A DNA stretch of 64,000 nt, from positions 9,300,001-9,364,000 of the forward strand of contig NC_135667.1 in assembly GCF_964188315.1 (NCBI RefSeq), given 5' to 3'. The position numbers and the translations under genes were made by a program. The notes beneath the pieces were generated by a model. That model searched no databases, had not been told where the DNA came from, and worked only from the letters and a program-made list of their open reading frames with translations. Of this stretch, positions 48,201 through 60,400 are shown piece by piece. Each line of letters opens with the position of its first letter. Position 1 is the first letter of the stretch. The stretch comes from Podarcis muralis. Lineage: Eukaryota.

Positions 48201-48892
48201 CTTGACCTGGCTCAACAAAACAGCTCACACCAGACTACAAGAACAATTTTAGTTAACATCAGGTGTCACTGCTCTTCTCGTTGATCCCATGTCAATACGT
48301 TCAAGGTTACAATGTTATTGCAAAATTGGAGTTGGACAGTGGATTTCGTTTTAGGATTTAGCACTTATTGGTTTCCATAGGTAAGATTATGGCTCTGTGT
48401 CAGGTCCTGATTTTCTTGCAGGGCTTTGATCTTCAGGGAAATCTGAAGTTTTCTCATCTACAAAAACAAGGAAACTTATTTGCACTTACTTCTGAATCTA
48501 AAGTCTGAAGGTGTAATTATCTCCCCCTGCAACTAGCCAATTCAAAATAATTGCTTCAGTCACCCAAATATCGAAAGGCTTTCACAAAGACACTAGAAAA
48601 CAGTCAATAAACAGCTTGGAAAAGTATTAAGGAAACAAAGTGCTCACTGACAGTTGGGAGTGGGGGACAGAAGGTAGCCTGTGATAATGATTACACATAG
48701 CACCACTTTTTCATATTGAACACCCAGCATAAAAAGAGAGAGAAGGATTAACTATGCTAAAAGCAAAGGTGATATGTTTCACCTTATGAAGTGAATTGTG
48801 AGAGTGAGGCAACATTTAACGTAGTCAAAGTCAGGCAGTTGGTGTGTATGAACACCAAAGAATCTGCCCCCAGGAGTAGATTTACTGCAACT

Positions 48893-51800
48893 ATGCAGAG
48901 GCTTTGGCTACTGCTTCTGCTACCCATTGTGTGCAAAGTCAATACAATGCAGTGTCCTGCAGGTGATCCAATCCCAGTTCCACATGAATGGTACCAGCCA
49001 GGTGACCTCCTGATTGGTGGGATTGCTTCTCATATATTTTACCATTCCTCAGTAATTGAATTTAAGGAAGATCCTTCTCAGGAGCTACTTGAGGTTCCAC
49101 AGTAAGTACTTATATTCCCCACTTTTTTCCTGAAAGATCAATTGTCTTTTACAAGGCTGCATGTTTGTGTGAAGCAGGAGTGGCTAGCAATACCCATCCA
49201 GCAGCAACATCACTGCCACATACCTGTTGCTGTTGTTGTTAATTAATTCTGTATACTACCCTTCATTCAAAGATTACAGGGGCGTTCACAACATAAAATA
49301 AATAAAGGAGAAGACAAAATATATTGATGATAGAATTGCATTAGAGGAAATTGCTTGCAAAAAATTTATAAAATTTACACTATGATGCTGGATTTCAAAA
49401 ATGAAAACCAATGAAAACAGCAAGAAATAAAAGACTACTCTAACAAAAATGAATGGGATTGAGGAAAGATGGTATCAAATGCTTAAGTGTGAATTAAAGT
49501 ATTAATGTGTCGACTCCATTGGCAGTATAGTGACAAAGTTCTATCAGCACATCCTGGCCTTGGTGTTTGCCATAAAGGAGATCAATGATGATCAAAAGAT
49601 CTTGCCAAATGCTACACTTGGGTTCCACATCCATGACAGCTACTATGATGCAAGGATGACCTATCGTACCACTTTGGACCTGCTCTTCAAATCACACAGA
49701 TTTGTCCCTAACTACAAATGTGACAGCCAGAAAAACCTCATAGCTATAATTGGAGGACTTACATCTGGCATATCTATCAATATGGCAGAAATCTTAACCC
49801 TCTACAAGGTTTCACAGGTAGGGTCTGTGTTTTGGAAAATGAGAGAGACTGCAAATTAAAAGAACCCCCTTTTTTTAAAGGCAGAGTTGGGTGAGCAATC
49901 CTGTGGCAAGATCTTCTGGGATGAGTGATTTATGATGCAGAGGAACTCTGGAATCAGAAAAGGCTCAGAGAGTGTTAAGTCTCCAATCCTGGTTCAGCTG
50001 AGGATATGCTACTATAATTTGCTCATCCCATCTCAGCTATGGTTTAGCCACTACTGGTGTAAGTCCTGCACTCAAAGGCCTTCCAGAGGCAGGGTGGGAC
50101 AGAAGCAGGGCATAAGCTGGATCCTAAACCTGTTCAGTTTGCTCACATGAACTGGCAACTCAACAGGTAACACTAATTAGTGTCTATATTCCTTCTGCCA
50201 GGCTTAGGTTAAGGAGAAGAAATATACAGTGGTACCTTGGTTTAAAACCATAATCCGTACCGGAGGTCTGTTTGTAAACTAAAACAGATTGTAATACTAA
50301 AACAGATTGGCGCTTTCGCCAATGAGGCCTCCCAAAAAAATTTGTTCATAATCCCCCCCCCCCAAGGGTTGTAATCTAAAAAAAATGTTGAAAACCGGGA
50401 CACGCACTTTCGGGTTTGACTTGTTTATAATCCAAAACAAATGCAAATCAAGACATATGCAAACCAAGGTACCACTGTACTGGAAAATGCATATTTTACT
50501 CAAAAAATGTTTTATTAATTGTCATTCTTTTGGAACCCACAAAGTTCTTAAATAAATATTTTGTTATAAAGACACATTCTCATAGCAAAATGGGCACACA
50601 TATAATTATATTGTATTATATTATTGCTGCAATACATATATGTTTTCTTTTAGCTCACCTACGGTTCATTTGCCGCAGAAGAGATTCAAGCATTGCGGAG
50701 CTTTTCCTTTTACAGCATGGTCCCAAATGAAAGCCATCAATATATTGGCATTATCCGTTTACTTCAGTATTTCGGATGGACATGGGTTGGGCTGTTTGTT
50801 GTGGATGATAACACGGGAGAATATTTCTTGAAGACCCTGGAGCCACTGTTTTCCAAGCATGGAATCTGTTCCGCCTTCACAAAAAGAATCCCAGAGCAGG
50901 TTTCCATGGAACATGTAGATGAAATACTGAATAAAATTGAAAGAATTTATGTATCTCTCACAGATAACAAGGCCAGAACACTTATCTGCTATGGAGAATC
51001 TTTGACAATTGCCTTCCTGAGAATTGTTAATCTTTTTCATGATCATGGACATAAGGAAAATGCTTCATTTGGAAAGGTATGGGTTATGACATCTCAGATA
51101 GATTTCACATCTACTGGCCCTCAGAGAAACTGGGATTTCCAGCTTTTTCAAGGTGCACTTTCCTTCACAATTCAGTCAAGAGAGCTTCTGGATTTTTCAG
51201 AATTTCTACAGAGCATCAAGCCTTCCAGGACCCAAGCAGATGGTTTTCTCAAGGGCTTCTGGGAGCAAGCATTTGACTGTTTATTTCCAGATCCAGAGAT
51301 GCCGATGATGGATGATGACACATGTACTGGAGAGGAGAGGCTAGATAGTCTCCCTGCAGGTATTTTTGAAATGCACATGACAGGCCATAGCTACAGTGTC
51401 TATAATGCTGCCTATGCTTTGGCTCATGCTCTGCATACCTTCTACTCATCCCAATCCAAGCACAGACCAAAGGTGGATGGTAGCAGTATTGAACTTCAGT
51501 CTCTGCAGCCTTAGCAGGTAATGTCTTCACAACAAAATAATCTCATTGCAATGGATAGTGACCTTATGCATACAAAGTACAGCAATGCTGTTTATCCTTC
51601 AGCTTATGCTTTGCATGCCATTTATACATCTAGATCCATACGAAGAACAATATTCTTGAGTAATGTTGATGACCTTCAGTCACTGCATCCATGGAAGTTA
51701 ATGTCTTTACATAAAAAAATCATTTCAATTCACAATTAAAATTATCATATGTAAGAATCAGCTGAAACAGGTGACAATTGTAATGAATCTTATACATTCA

Positions 51801-53705
51801 AACAGCTTCATGGGGCTTACATCTCATTCTGTCATTGGACCATATATTTAAGTTCAGTCTGAAAACTTGTCTATCTCTCAAAACTAGGTTGACTTATTTC
51901 TGCAAAATGTTGCATTTAACAACTCTGCTGGAGTGATGGTGTCCTTTAATGATAAAGGGGAATTGAGCGGTGGATATGACATTATGAACCTGGTCACATT
52001 CCACAACAAATCTTTCCAGAGAGTGAAAGTTGGGAGAGTGGACCCCAGTGAAGAAGAAGACTTCACCATTAATGAAGAGCTAATTGTCTGGCATAAAACA
52101 TTTAATCAGGTAGAGATGATGGGGATTTCTTGGGCAAATAGGCAATGAGGATGTCTGAAAGTACTAGTTCTGCCTAATGTAGCCTTGTAAATAACCCCAC
52201 AGATACTACTAGGCTGAAGAATGAAAGACTGTAGAACTACATTCATATTCATATTTTGTCTCCATAGACGATAAAACTATGAACACAAGCATAGCTAATC
52301 ATGTGGCTTCAGGATGATTCATATAAAAGTTAACTACAATCTCTCACCCCAAGTCCCACAGCCATCTTATGTTTGGCTCATGCTCTTGAATGTAGCCTTG
52401 CAAATAACCCCACATATGTAGGGTTTGTAGCCTGCAAAATAGAGGAATAAATAGCTATACTTATGAATGCCTAATACTTGTGAAACCTTGCTAAAATATC
52501 CTGTAGCTCTGGAGATGACGTGCATAAATTTCTCCACCGATCTCTCACCCCAAATCTCAAACCCTCCCATGTTTGTGCATAGGTGCTTCCACTTTCTGTG
52601 TGTAATGAACACTGCCACACTGGTCATCATAAGAAGAAGAAGGAAGAGAAAAAGTTCTGCTGCTATGATTGTGCTCCATGTCCAGAAGGGAAGATTTCAG
52701 ACCAGAAAGGTAGGTTCCTAAAATTTTGTCAATATACATGATTAACTCTATATGATGTGGCGAATCAATTGCCACTAAAATGTCTCTTCTATTTGTATTT
52801 CAGATACAGAAGACTGTTTCCAGTGCTCAGCAGACCAATATTCAAACAGAAACAGAGATGCTTGCATCCCCAAAATTAGAAACTTTCTTTCTTATAAAGA
52901 ACCTCTGGGGATCAGTTTAGCTTCAGTTGCTGTTTCTTTGTCCATCATCACAGCTGTGATGCTAGGGATTTTTATTAAGCACAAAGACACGCCCATAGTC
53001 AAAGCAAACAATCGGGACCTCACCTACACTCTCCTCCTCTGCCTCTTGTTCTGCTTCCTCTCTTCTTTGTTATTCCTTGGCCAACCTTGTATAGTGACCT
53101 GCTTTCTCCGACAACCAATGTTTGTCATAATTTTCTCATTGGCTGTTTCTTGCATCCTGGCCAAAACCATCACTGTGGTTACAGCTTTCATGGCCACCAG
53201 ACCAGGGTCCAGCGTGAGGAAGTGGGTGGGCAGAAGACTGGCCATCTTCATTGTTTTAACTTGCTCCCTTGTTCAAGCAAGCATTTGTAGTATGTGGCTG
53301 GCAACCTCGGCTCCCTTCCCCGATTTGGACTTTCATTCAGTAAGTGGAGAAATTATTGTGCAATGTAATGAAGGGTCAGTCACCATGTTCTACTGTGTCT
53401 TGGGCTACATGGGCCTCTTGGCCATCACCAGCTTTGTTGTAGCATTCTTAGCCCGCAAGTTACCGGACAGCTTCAATGAAGCCAAGTTCATTACATTCAG
53501 CATGTTAGCATTTTGTAGTGTTTGGGCCTCTTTTGTTCCTACTTACCTGAGCACAAGAGGAAAAGACATGGTGGCCGTGGAAGTCTTCTCTATCTTGGCC
53601 TCCAGTGCTGGGCTCCTGGCCTGCATCTTTGCTCCTAAATGTTACATCATTGTGTTGAGACCTGAGCTGAACAGCAGGGAGCAGCTAATAAGAAGAAAAC
53701 ATTAA
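48893..53705 (+). pseudogene. V2R gene E with a single nonsense codon (otherwise intact)
   Basis: Exons 48893-49101, 49526-49817, 50654-51517, 51888-52109, 52583-52709, 52804-53705; all GT-AG and in phase. The conserved QPWQ at the end of exon 3 reads CAG CCT TAG CAG (stop at 51512-51514). Confidence 0.88.
50227..50477. mobile_element. Tigger-like MITE
   Basis: TA-CAGTGGTACCTTGGTTT ... AAACCAAGGTACCACTG-TA. Confidence 0.88.
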
Positions 53706-53766
53706 AGGATTTGTCCCTTCTGTTACACTGACATGGATGTTAGGCAAGCATTTTAGGTAGCAATCA

Positions 53767-53768
<2 letters not shown>

Positions 53769-53804
<36 letters not shown>
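53769..53804. repeat. (TC)n microsatellite
   Basis: Uninterrupted TC run just after the stop codon of gene E. Confidence 0.95.
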
Positions 53805-53808
<4 letters not shown>

Positions 53809-54005
53809 ATTTTATTAATTTATTTCATTAAAATGTAGGAAATCTCAAACTGGTGTACACAATGTTGGATAAATCAACCTCATATTACCAACATTCTAGT
53901 CACCATCCTACTCACAAAGTGGCCAACCAGATGTCTATGGGAAGTCCAGATATTTGGAGGAGAGATACATTCATATAACATTAGTTATAGATATTTACTT
54001 ATATA

Positions 54006-54185
54006 CAGCGGCGTAGCGTGGGTTGTCAGCACCCGGGGCAAGGCAAATAATTTGCGCCCCCTAACCCGTGGATTTGCGCCCCCTAACCTGTGGATTTGCG
54101 CCCCCTAACCAGTGGATTTGCCCTAACCCCAGATGTTGCTCCCGGTGCGGCCAGCCCCCCCTGCACCCCCCACGCTACGCCACTG
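54006..54185. mobile_element. hAT-type MITE with internal 22-bp tandem repeat
   Basis: TIRs CAGCGGCGTAGCGTGGG / CCCACGCTACGCCACTG; 8-bp TSD CTTATATA; TTTGCGCCCCCTAACCCGTGGA about 3.5 times. Confidence 0.9.
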
Positions 54186-54199
54186 CTTATATATGCCTT

Positions 54200-55005
54200 C
54201 TGTAGGAAGGATAGTAAAGGATGCCACTCTGTATGTCAAAGTGAACATTGAGTCCAGCAAGCTAGAAATCCACAAAGGGGAAACATTATGCGGAGTGATT
54301 CAGGACCCAAAATGTGATTTACTACTGAGGATGTGCTATTGTGCACCTTATAACAATTCTCAGGAAAATCTTGAGAGGCAGAAATCAAAGAAGCATTCAA
54401 AAGTGAAAATCTTGCTGTGATCGGTGACTTCATCTATCCTTACAGAGTCTGACTAGGTGACTGTTTCAGTCAGAACCATTTTAAATTTCTTTATACCCTA
54501 AATGAAGTTACCCTAAATCAGTTGGTCACAGAAAAGACCACATGGACAGTGACTCTGGACTTCATATTTTGTGATGACTGGAACCTGTTGGGAGTTGTAG
54601 TGCCCTTTAGCTGGTTTGAAGCAGTGACAATAGCATTATTCAACTGAAAAGAAGTATAAATGGCCAATTGCCAAGAAAGTCCAGAAAATGCTTAGGAGTT
54701 GTCTAGAAACACATTATTAGACTATATACTTCTGCTCTGCAAAGGTGGTATCAGGGGCCAAGGGGGTATTGATGTCGTTACTGATTATAGTCAAATAAGA
54801 TATTAGAGGCAAGAAAGCTTTCTTCAAAATCCATTTGTTGCTACAAAGGAAGATATTGGGCAGATGTCTGCCCCTGAACTTACTTCTGTTGGTGTTGGGT
54901 CTGCAGAATTGATGCAAACTTTGATGAGAGATGAAGTTCTATACCTAAGAAACAAAATAAACTGATACGTTGATAAATCCTGGTGGACGTGATCTTGCAT
55001 CCATG
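54200..55005 (+). mobile_element. Highly degraded CR1-like fragment
   Basis: Remnants resembling CR1 endonuclease/linker (GTGATCGGTGACTTCATCTATCC; GATCTTGCATCCATGG...TTAAAGGA); many stops. Confidence 0.45.
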
Positions 55006-55009
55006 GCTT

Positions 55010-55362
55010 AAAGGAAAAGATAAAGGGACCTCTGACCGTTAGGTCCAGTCGCAGACGACTCTGGGGTTGTGGCACTCATCTCGCTTTACTGGCTGAGGGA
55101 GCTGGCGTATAGCTTCTGGGCCATGTGGCTAGCATGACTAAGCTGCTTCTGGAGAACCAGAGCAGCGCACGGAAATGCCGTTTACCTTCCCACTGGAGTG
55201 GTACCTATTTATTTACTTGCACTTTGTGCTTTCAAACTACTAGGTTGGCAGGAGCAGGGACCGAGCAACGGGAGCTCACCCCGTCGCAGGGATTTGAACC
55301 ACTGACCTTCCAATCAGCAAGCCCTAGGCTCTGCGGTTTAACCCACAGCGCCACCCGCATCC
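55010..55362 (-). mobile_element. Sauria SINE
   Basis: Head GGGTGGCGCTGTGGGTTAAACC; body similar to 13354-13717. Confidence 0.88.
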
Positions 55363-55909
55363 AAGGCTTGAGGGACCGCTAATAGTGACTTCCCTGAAGA
55401 CCTCAAGGTATAAGGGCAGGGATATAAGGAAATTGGACTGGGCAATATCTGGTTTTCAACATGATAATATATCACCAGCTAAACAGTGTGAAATACCAGT
55501 ATACCATAATGTCTGAAATAAGGTTGGAGCTATGTAGTGGCAAACAGGTTGATGTCCTGGCAAAAGAGGGTCAAGATCAATTCTCTGAATGATTAAACCC
55601 CACTCTACTAAATTAATTTCTCCTTTCCTCAGGGGAAAGCCATATTGAATTTAATAGGGCTTGTTTGTGAGTAGACACACATTTGCATGCATTGCTTACC
55701 GAAAAATGCCCTCCACATCATTCTCACCTCACAACTAACCAAACTCCCATTTCAGCATAAGGCAGCTCCTTAAATCCCCCCCATCACCCAAAAATAATCA
55801 AAAACCTAACCATCACCCAAAAATGATCAAAAACATTTCCCCTTTTTCTTTTTTGCTGGTGTTGGTGGGTGAGAGGGAAGAAAAATGAAAAATGAAGAAG
55901 TATAGGGTG

Positions 55910-56565
55910 TACTCCCGGTGGAGTATAGGGTCAGGTTTAAGGTGCTGTTTTTGACCTTTAAAGCCCTATGTGGCCTAGGACTCTCGTACTTACGGGACCA
56001 CCTCTCCTGGTATGTCCCACAGATGACCCTAAGGTCGATGAATAATAATAGCTTAAAGGTCCGGGGCCCTAAGGAAGCCAAACTACCCTCCACCAGGGCC
56101 AGGGCTTTTTCAGTGATGGCTCCGACCTGGTGGAATGCTCGGTTCCACGAGATTAGGGCCCTGCAGGACTTGATTGCCTTCTGCAGGGCCAGTAAGACAG
56201 AGCTATACCTCCTGGCCTTCAATCTGAATTAGCCTGATCCTCTATTCCCTTTTCCCTTTCCTCTTCTATGAAGAAACCCTTTCTGGGACCCCACATTTAA
56301 ATTCTTCCCTGGTCTCCTTGCTGGCCCTAGTAGGACCAACTTGACCAGTTAGCCCTGGTGATCATTTGATGTCTATTGACTGGGTTTTTTCTCTTTTTCT
56401 CCCCACCCCCCAATGACCCCTGAATTTTAGAATTTTATTGATACTGCATTTTATGTTGTATTTTATGCTGTTTTTAAGTTGCATTTTAATCAATGTTTTA
56501 TATTTGCTGTTAGCTGCCCTGAGCCCGGTTTTTAAACCAAGAAGGGTGGGGTATTATTATTATTA
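55910..56565 (+). mobile_element. L2-clade LINE 3' fragment
   Basis: EYRVRFKVLFLTFKALCGLGLSYLRDHL...TRARAFSV matches the C-terminus of ORF 7449-9785; (TTA)n tail. Confidence 0.85.
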
Positions 56566-57412
56566 GAAAAGGAAATAAGGAATTATGGGATTAGGGAATA
56601 AATATGTGAGAAAGCCTAATCCCATATAAAGATGGGTGATATATCAATACATCATCCAAAACTGGTTTGAAGCCCACCTTGTCACAACTGTTTCATAAAA
56701 TTTGACCTGCCAGCATATCACGAATCACAATGTATGTGTGTGCTATGCAAAAGATTGTGATGTGGGGAAAACCGTGAAGCCAGTCAATGCTCCTCTCGAA
56801 GCATTACCACCATTGTGGTAATTCAGAAAGAGCTGTAGCTCCGTGGTATAACATCTGCTTTACATACAGACAGTCCTAAGTTGAATTCCTGGCATCTCCA
56901 GATAGATCTGAAAATGCCTCCTGTCTGAAACTCAGGAGAACCTCTTCAGATCTATGCTGACATTACTGAGCTATTAGGTAGAAGTTAGACACACCTGCTA
57001 CTAATGGTCCCATTCAGGGCTAGAACTCAGAGCAGGTGATTATATCTCTCTATAATTATCCATACCATAATAATCAGTTTAGTGGACTGTTTTCCAGAAT
57101 AGCATCAGTAACCAATTCAGAAAGTGTCTATAAAACCTTCCTTTTGTGACATTTAGAGCTGGAATGAGGGGCAAGAGATTGGCAAGGCTTTGTCACATTG
57201 AATTGTGAAAGTTCCTCCACTTTCCATGATACAAGACTCCTGGCTTCAAATCCATGTATGCTTCCTGTCCTCCATGCTTCTCTTTGCAGTGTATAGTGAC
57301 AGAGTCCTTTGCTATCAATTGTCAGTTTCTTTTAAAACTGAGATAGGTGCCGGTGGCGAGGCTTTAGGTGGACACAGGAGATTCTGCTCAAGGGAAAGAC
57401 ATTTATGCAGAG

Positions 57413-60400
57413 ATGGTGAAGTGCCTGTTGTTGCTGTTGCTGCTGCTGCCTCTGACGGGGTGCAAAATACATTCTGCGAAGTGCCCTGCAATGGACTCCC
57501 TCCCTGTTCCCCATGAGTGGTATGAGCCTGGGAACCACCTCATTGGTGGGATTGCCTCTCAGATCCTTTACATTTCCCCCAAATTTTCCTTCCAGGTATA
57601 TCCTTCTCAGGAGCTGGGCACTGATCTTCCAATGTAAGAAACTCTTCCATTTCCACATCGGATAACATTTGAGTTGGGAAGCCCAGGGATTATAAAATAT
57701 AAGACATAGTATTTCTTTTTTTTAAAAAAAAAAATACATATGGGATGTATCTAACGCAGCAGGTTTCTTTAACTTTTTCTGGGCAACACAATTGGTAGAC
57801 AAGTCTTCCATGATAGAGGTTTGGGTAATTGGGGAATAAAGAAAGCAAGAATGATCCCTTGAGCCAGTAGTAACCCCACATAACTTTTGGAAGAATTTCC
57901 CCTCCCTAATAAAAAATGATTTAAAATCCCTCCCAATTTAAGCGGTCAATTATCAACCAGCCTTAAAAGAATTCGTCACTGCTTTATAATAAAGCACTGG
58001 ATTTGCATGGATAAGACCTTAGCTTCAGGGGCAGAAAACTAGTAAAAGACTTAATAGACAAACTGTGTTGAAGGGACAAATATACCACATATTTTCCTAT
58101 CTGTTTGTGGTCCTCCCTCTCTGTCTCTGATCAGCTTTGAAATTATTGACTATAGTTCTTTTTCACTGCCATTGTGATTGTTCCCCCCCCCCACTCACTC
58201 CATCTATTCAAAAACACAGAAAGACTATCATACTATATTTAAATAGGAGCATTTCAAATTTAGATTGGGTTTATGCAGTCTTGGAAGTCATAGCATTCCT
58301 GAGTTCTGAAAACTCCATTTTACACAGTCCAGAACTCGTTTCTGAAAGGACGTATAACTCCTTGCAGCATGGTGACCAAGTTCTACCAACACATCCTAGC
58401 TTTGGCATTTGCCATCAGTGAAATCAATGAGAATCCCAAGATTTTGCCCAATGTCACACTTGGGTTCCAGATCTATGACAGCTACTACCAGGAGAAGATG
58501 TTCTATCGTACTATGCTAGACTTGCTCTTCAAATCACACCGGTTTGTTCCCAACTATGCATGTGGCACCCAGAAGAACCTAGTAGCCATTATTGGTGCAC
58601 TTGGCTCTGATATCTCTTTCCACATGGCAGACATCTTAGTCCTCTACAAGATCCCACAGGTAATGGGGGTGGACTGGTGGGCTAATCTTACATGTAATTC
58701 ATGTTTTCTAATTCTGGGGGTGATGCTGGGGCTATGAAAGCCACAGAGGAAAGGCTGGCTGTAAAAAAAAATAAAAAATGTTTTGTACAATATTTAAAGA
58801 ACTTTGCCAAATGGGAAATGGCTTATCAAAACTGGTAAAAAAGAGGGGACAGAGTAAGGGGAGTCTAGCACATTTTTCCCCCTTTACCATGAGTACTGTA
58901 TATAGATTAAGGTTACCAGATTTTTTTCAATGACTGCAGGGACACAATAAATAAATAAATAAATACTACACGTTCGGGGCATCAATGGCGGTGGCAGAGG
59001 GGTGACCGCCACCTTGACCTCAGCTGTCACATTTCCCCTTCCTCCAAGGCTTCTATCTCCTTTCTCTATGAGCCTGGGCAGCCCTTGAGTTGTTGGTTCT
59101 TCGGTGGTGGTGGGGAAGCGGTGCGCGGTGGCTCAGGCATGGAAGGCGGAGAAGGAGGGCCAAGAGTGGCAGCCGTGGTGAGCCTCGGGCAGCATGATGC
59201 CTCCCTTCCCATCGCAGCAGCCCCAATCCCATTCCTACTTGTGTGCAAGCAGGAAGGGGCGGGGATCCCTCAAATGGGGAGGGAGGCTTCCCGTTGCCTA
59301 ACTGAGAGATCCCTGCCCCCTCCTGCTTGCACGCAAGCTCTGATAGGTAGCGTGAAGCCTCCCTTCACAGCTGAGAGATCCCCGCCCTGCTCCTGTTGCA
59401 AGCAAGTAGGAGTTGGGAGGCTGCTCCGATAGGCAGCATGAAGCCTCCCTTCACAGCTTAGTTGCTGGGCTCAGGAGGCAGCCTGGAAGCTGCATCTTAG
59501 AGACCCTGTACCACCATCATACGGGGACTTCCAAGCAGCTCCTGAAGCCAGCCAGAGCCAACTGCTCTGGGCTGCTGAGACTGCTGCCGCTGTGTTTCCT
59601 GGGGACATTAGATGAAACCTGGGGACATTCCGGGGATGGAATTTGTCCGGGGACTTATTCGCAAATCCGGGGACTGTCACCGGGAAACGGGGACGTCTGG
59701 TAACCCTAGTATAGATTACATTATGTTACCACATTTATTCTAAATGCAATATCCAAATGAGCCATTGAAGTTAACACTGTTGTATTTAAGCAAAGGTAGA
59801 AATTAAAATAAGAATTTTACCTCCACATATGCTGTATACAATCAAATAAGAATGCACTCAGGTATACCTAATATCCAAGCTCTATACAAGCAATCTTTAG
59901 TTTTATTTTGGTCTTTCAGCTTGCGTATGGATCATTTGCCCTGGAAGAGGGTCATACAAAACATGCCTCTTCCTTTTACCGCATGGTGCCCAGTGAACCC
60001 CAGCAGTATATGGGGATAATTCGTTTGCTTCAGCATTTTGGATGGACATGGATTGGGCTCTTTGCTGTGGATGATGACAGTGGAGACCATTTTTTGCAGG
60101 CTTTAGAGCCCCTGCTTTCCCAGAATAGAATCTGTCCAGCTTTCATACAAAGAATCCCAAACCAAGGCAATTTCCTTTCTTTTGATGAATTGATTGATAT
60201 GGGGTGGAATATTAACACACCTTTCATGGAGAGCAAAGCCACAGCGTTTGTCACTTATGGTGAAACTATGACCATAATGTGGTTGACCACCATAGTAGCT
60301 CTGTTCTTTCGTGAATATAATGAAGAGACATCTGTTGGGAAAGTGTGGATTATGACAGCTCAGATAGATTTTTCTGTAACATCCATGATAAGGACATGGA

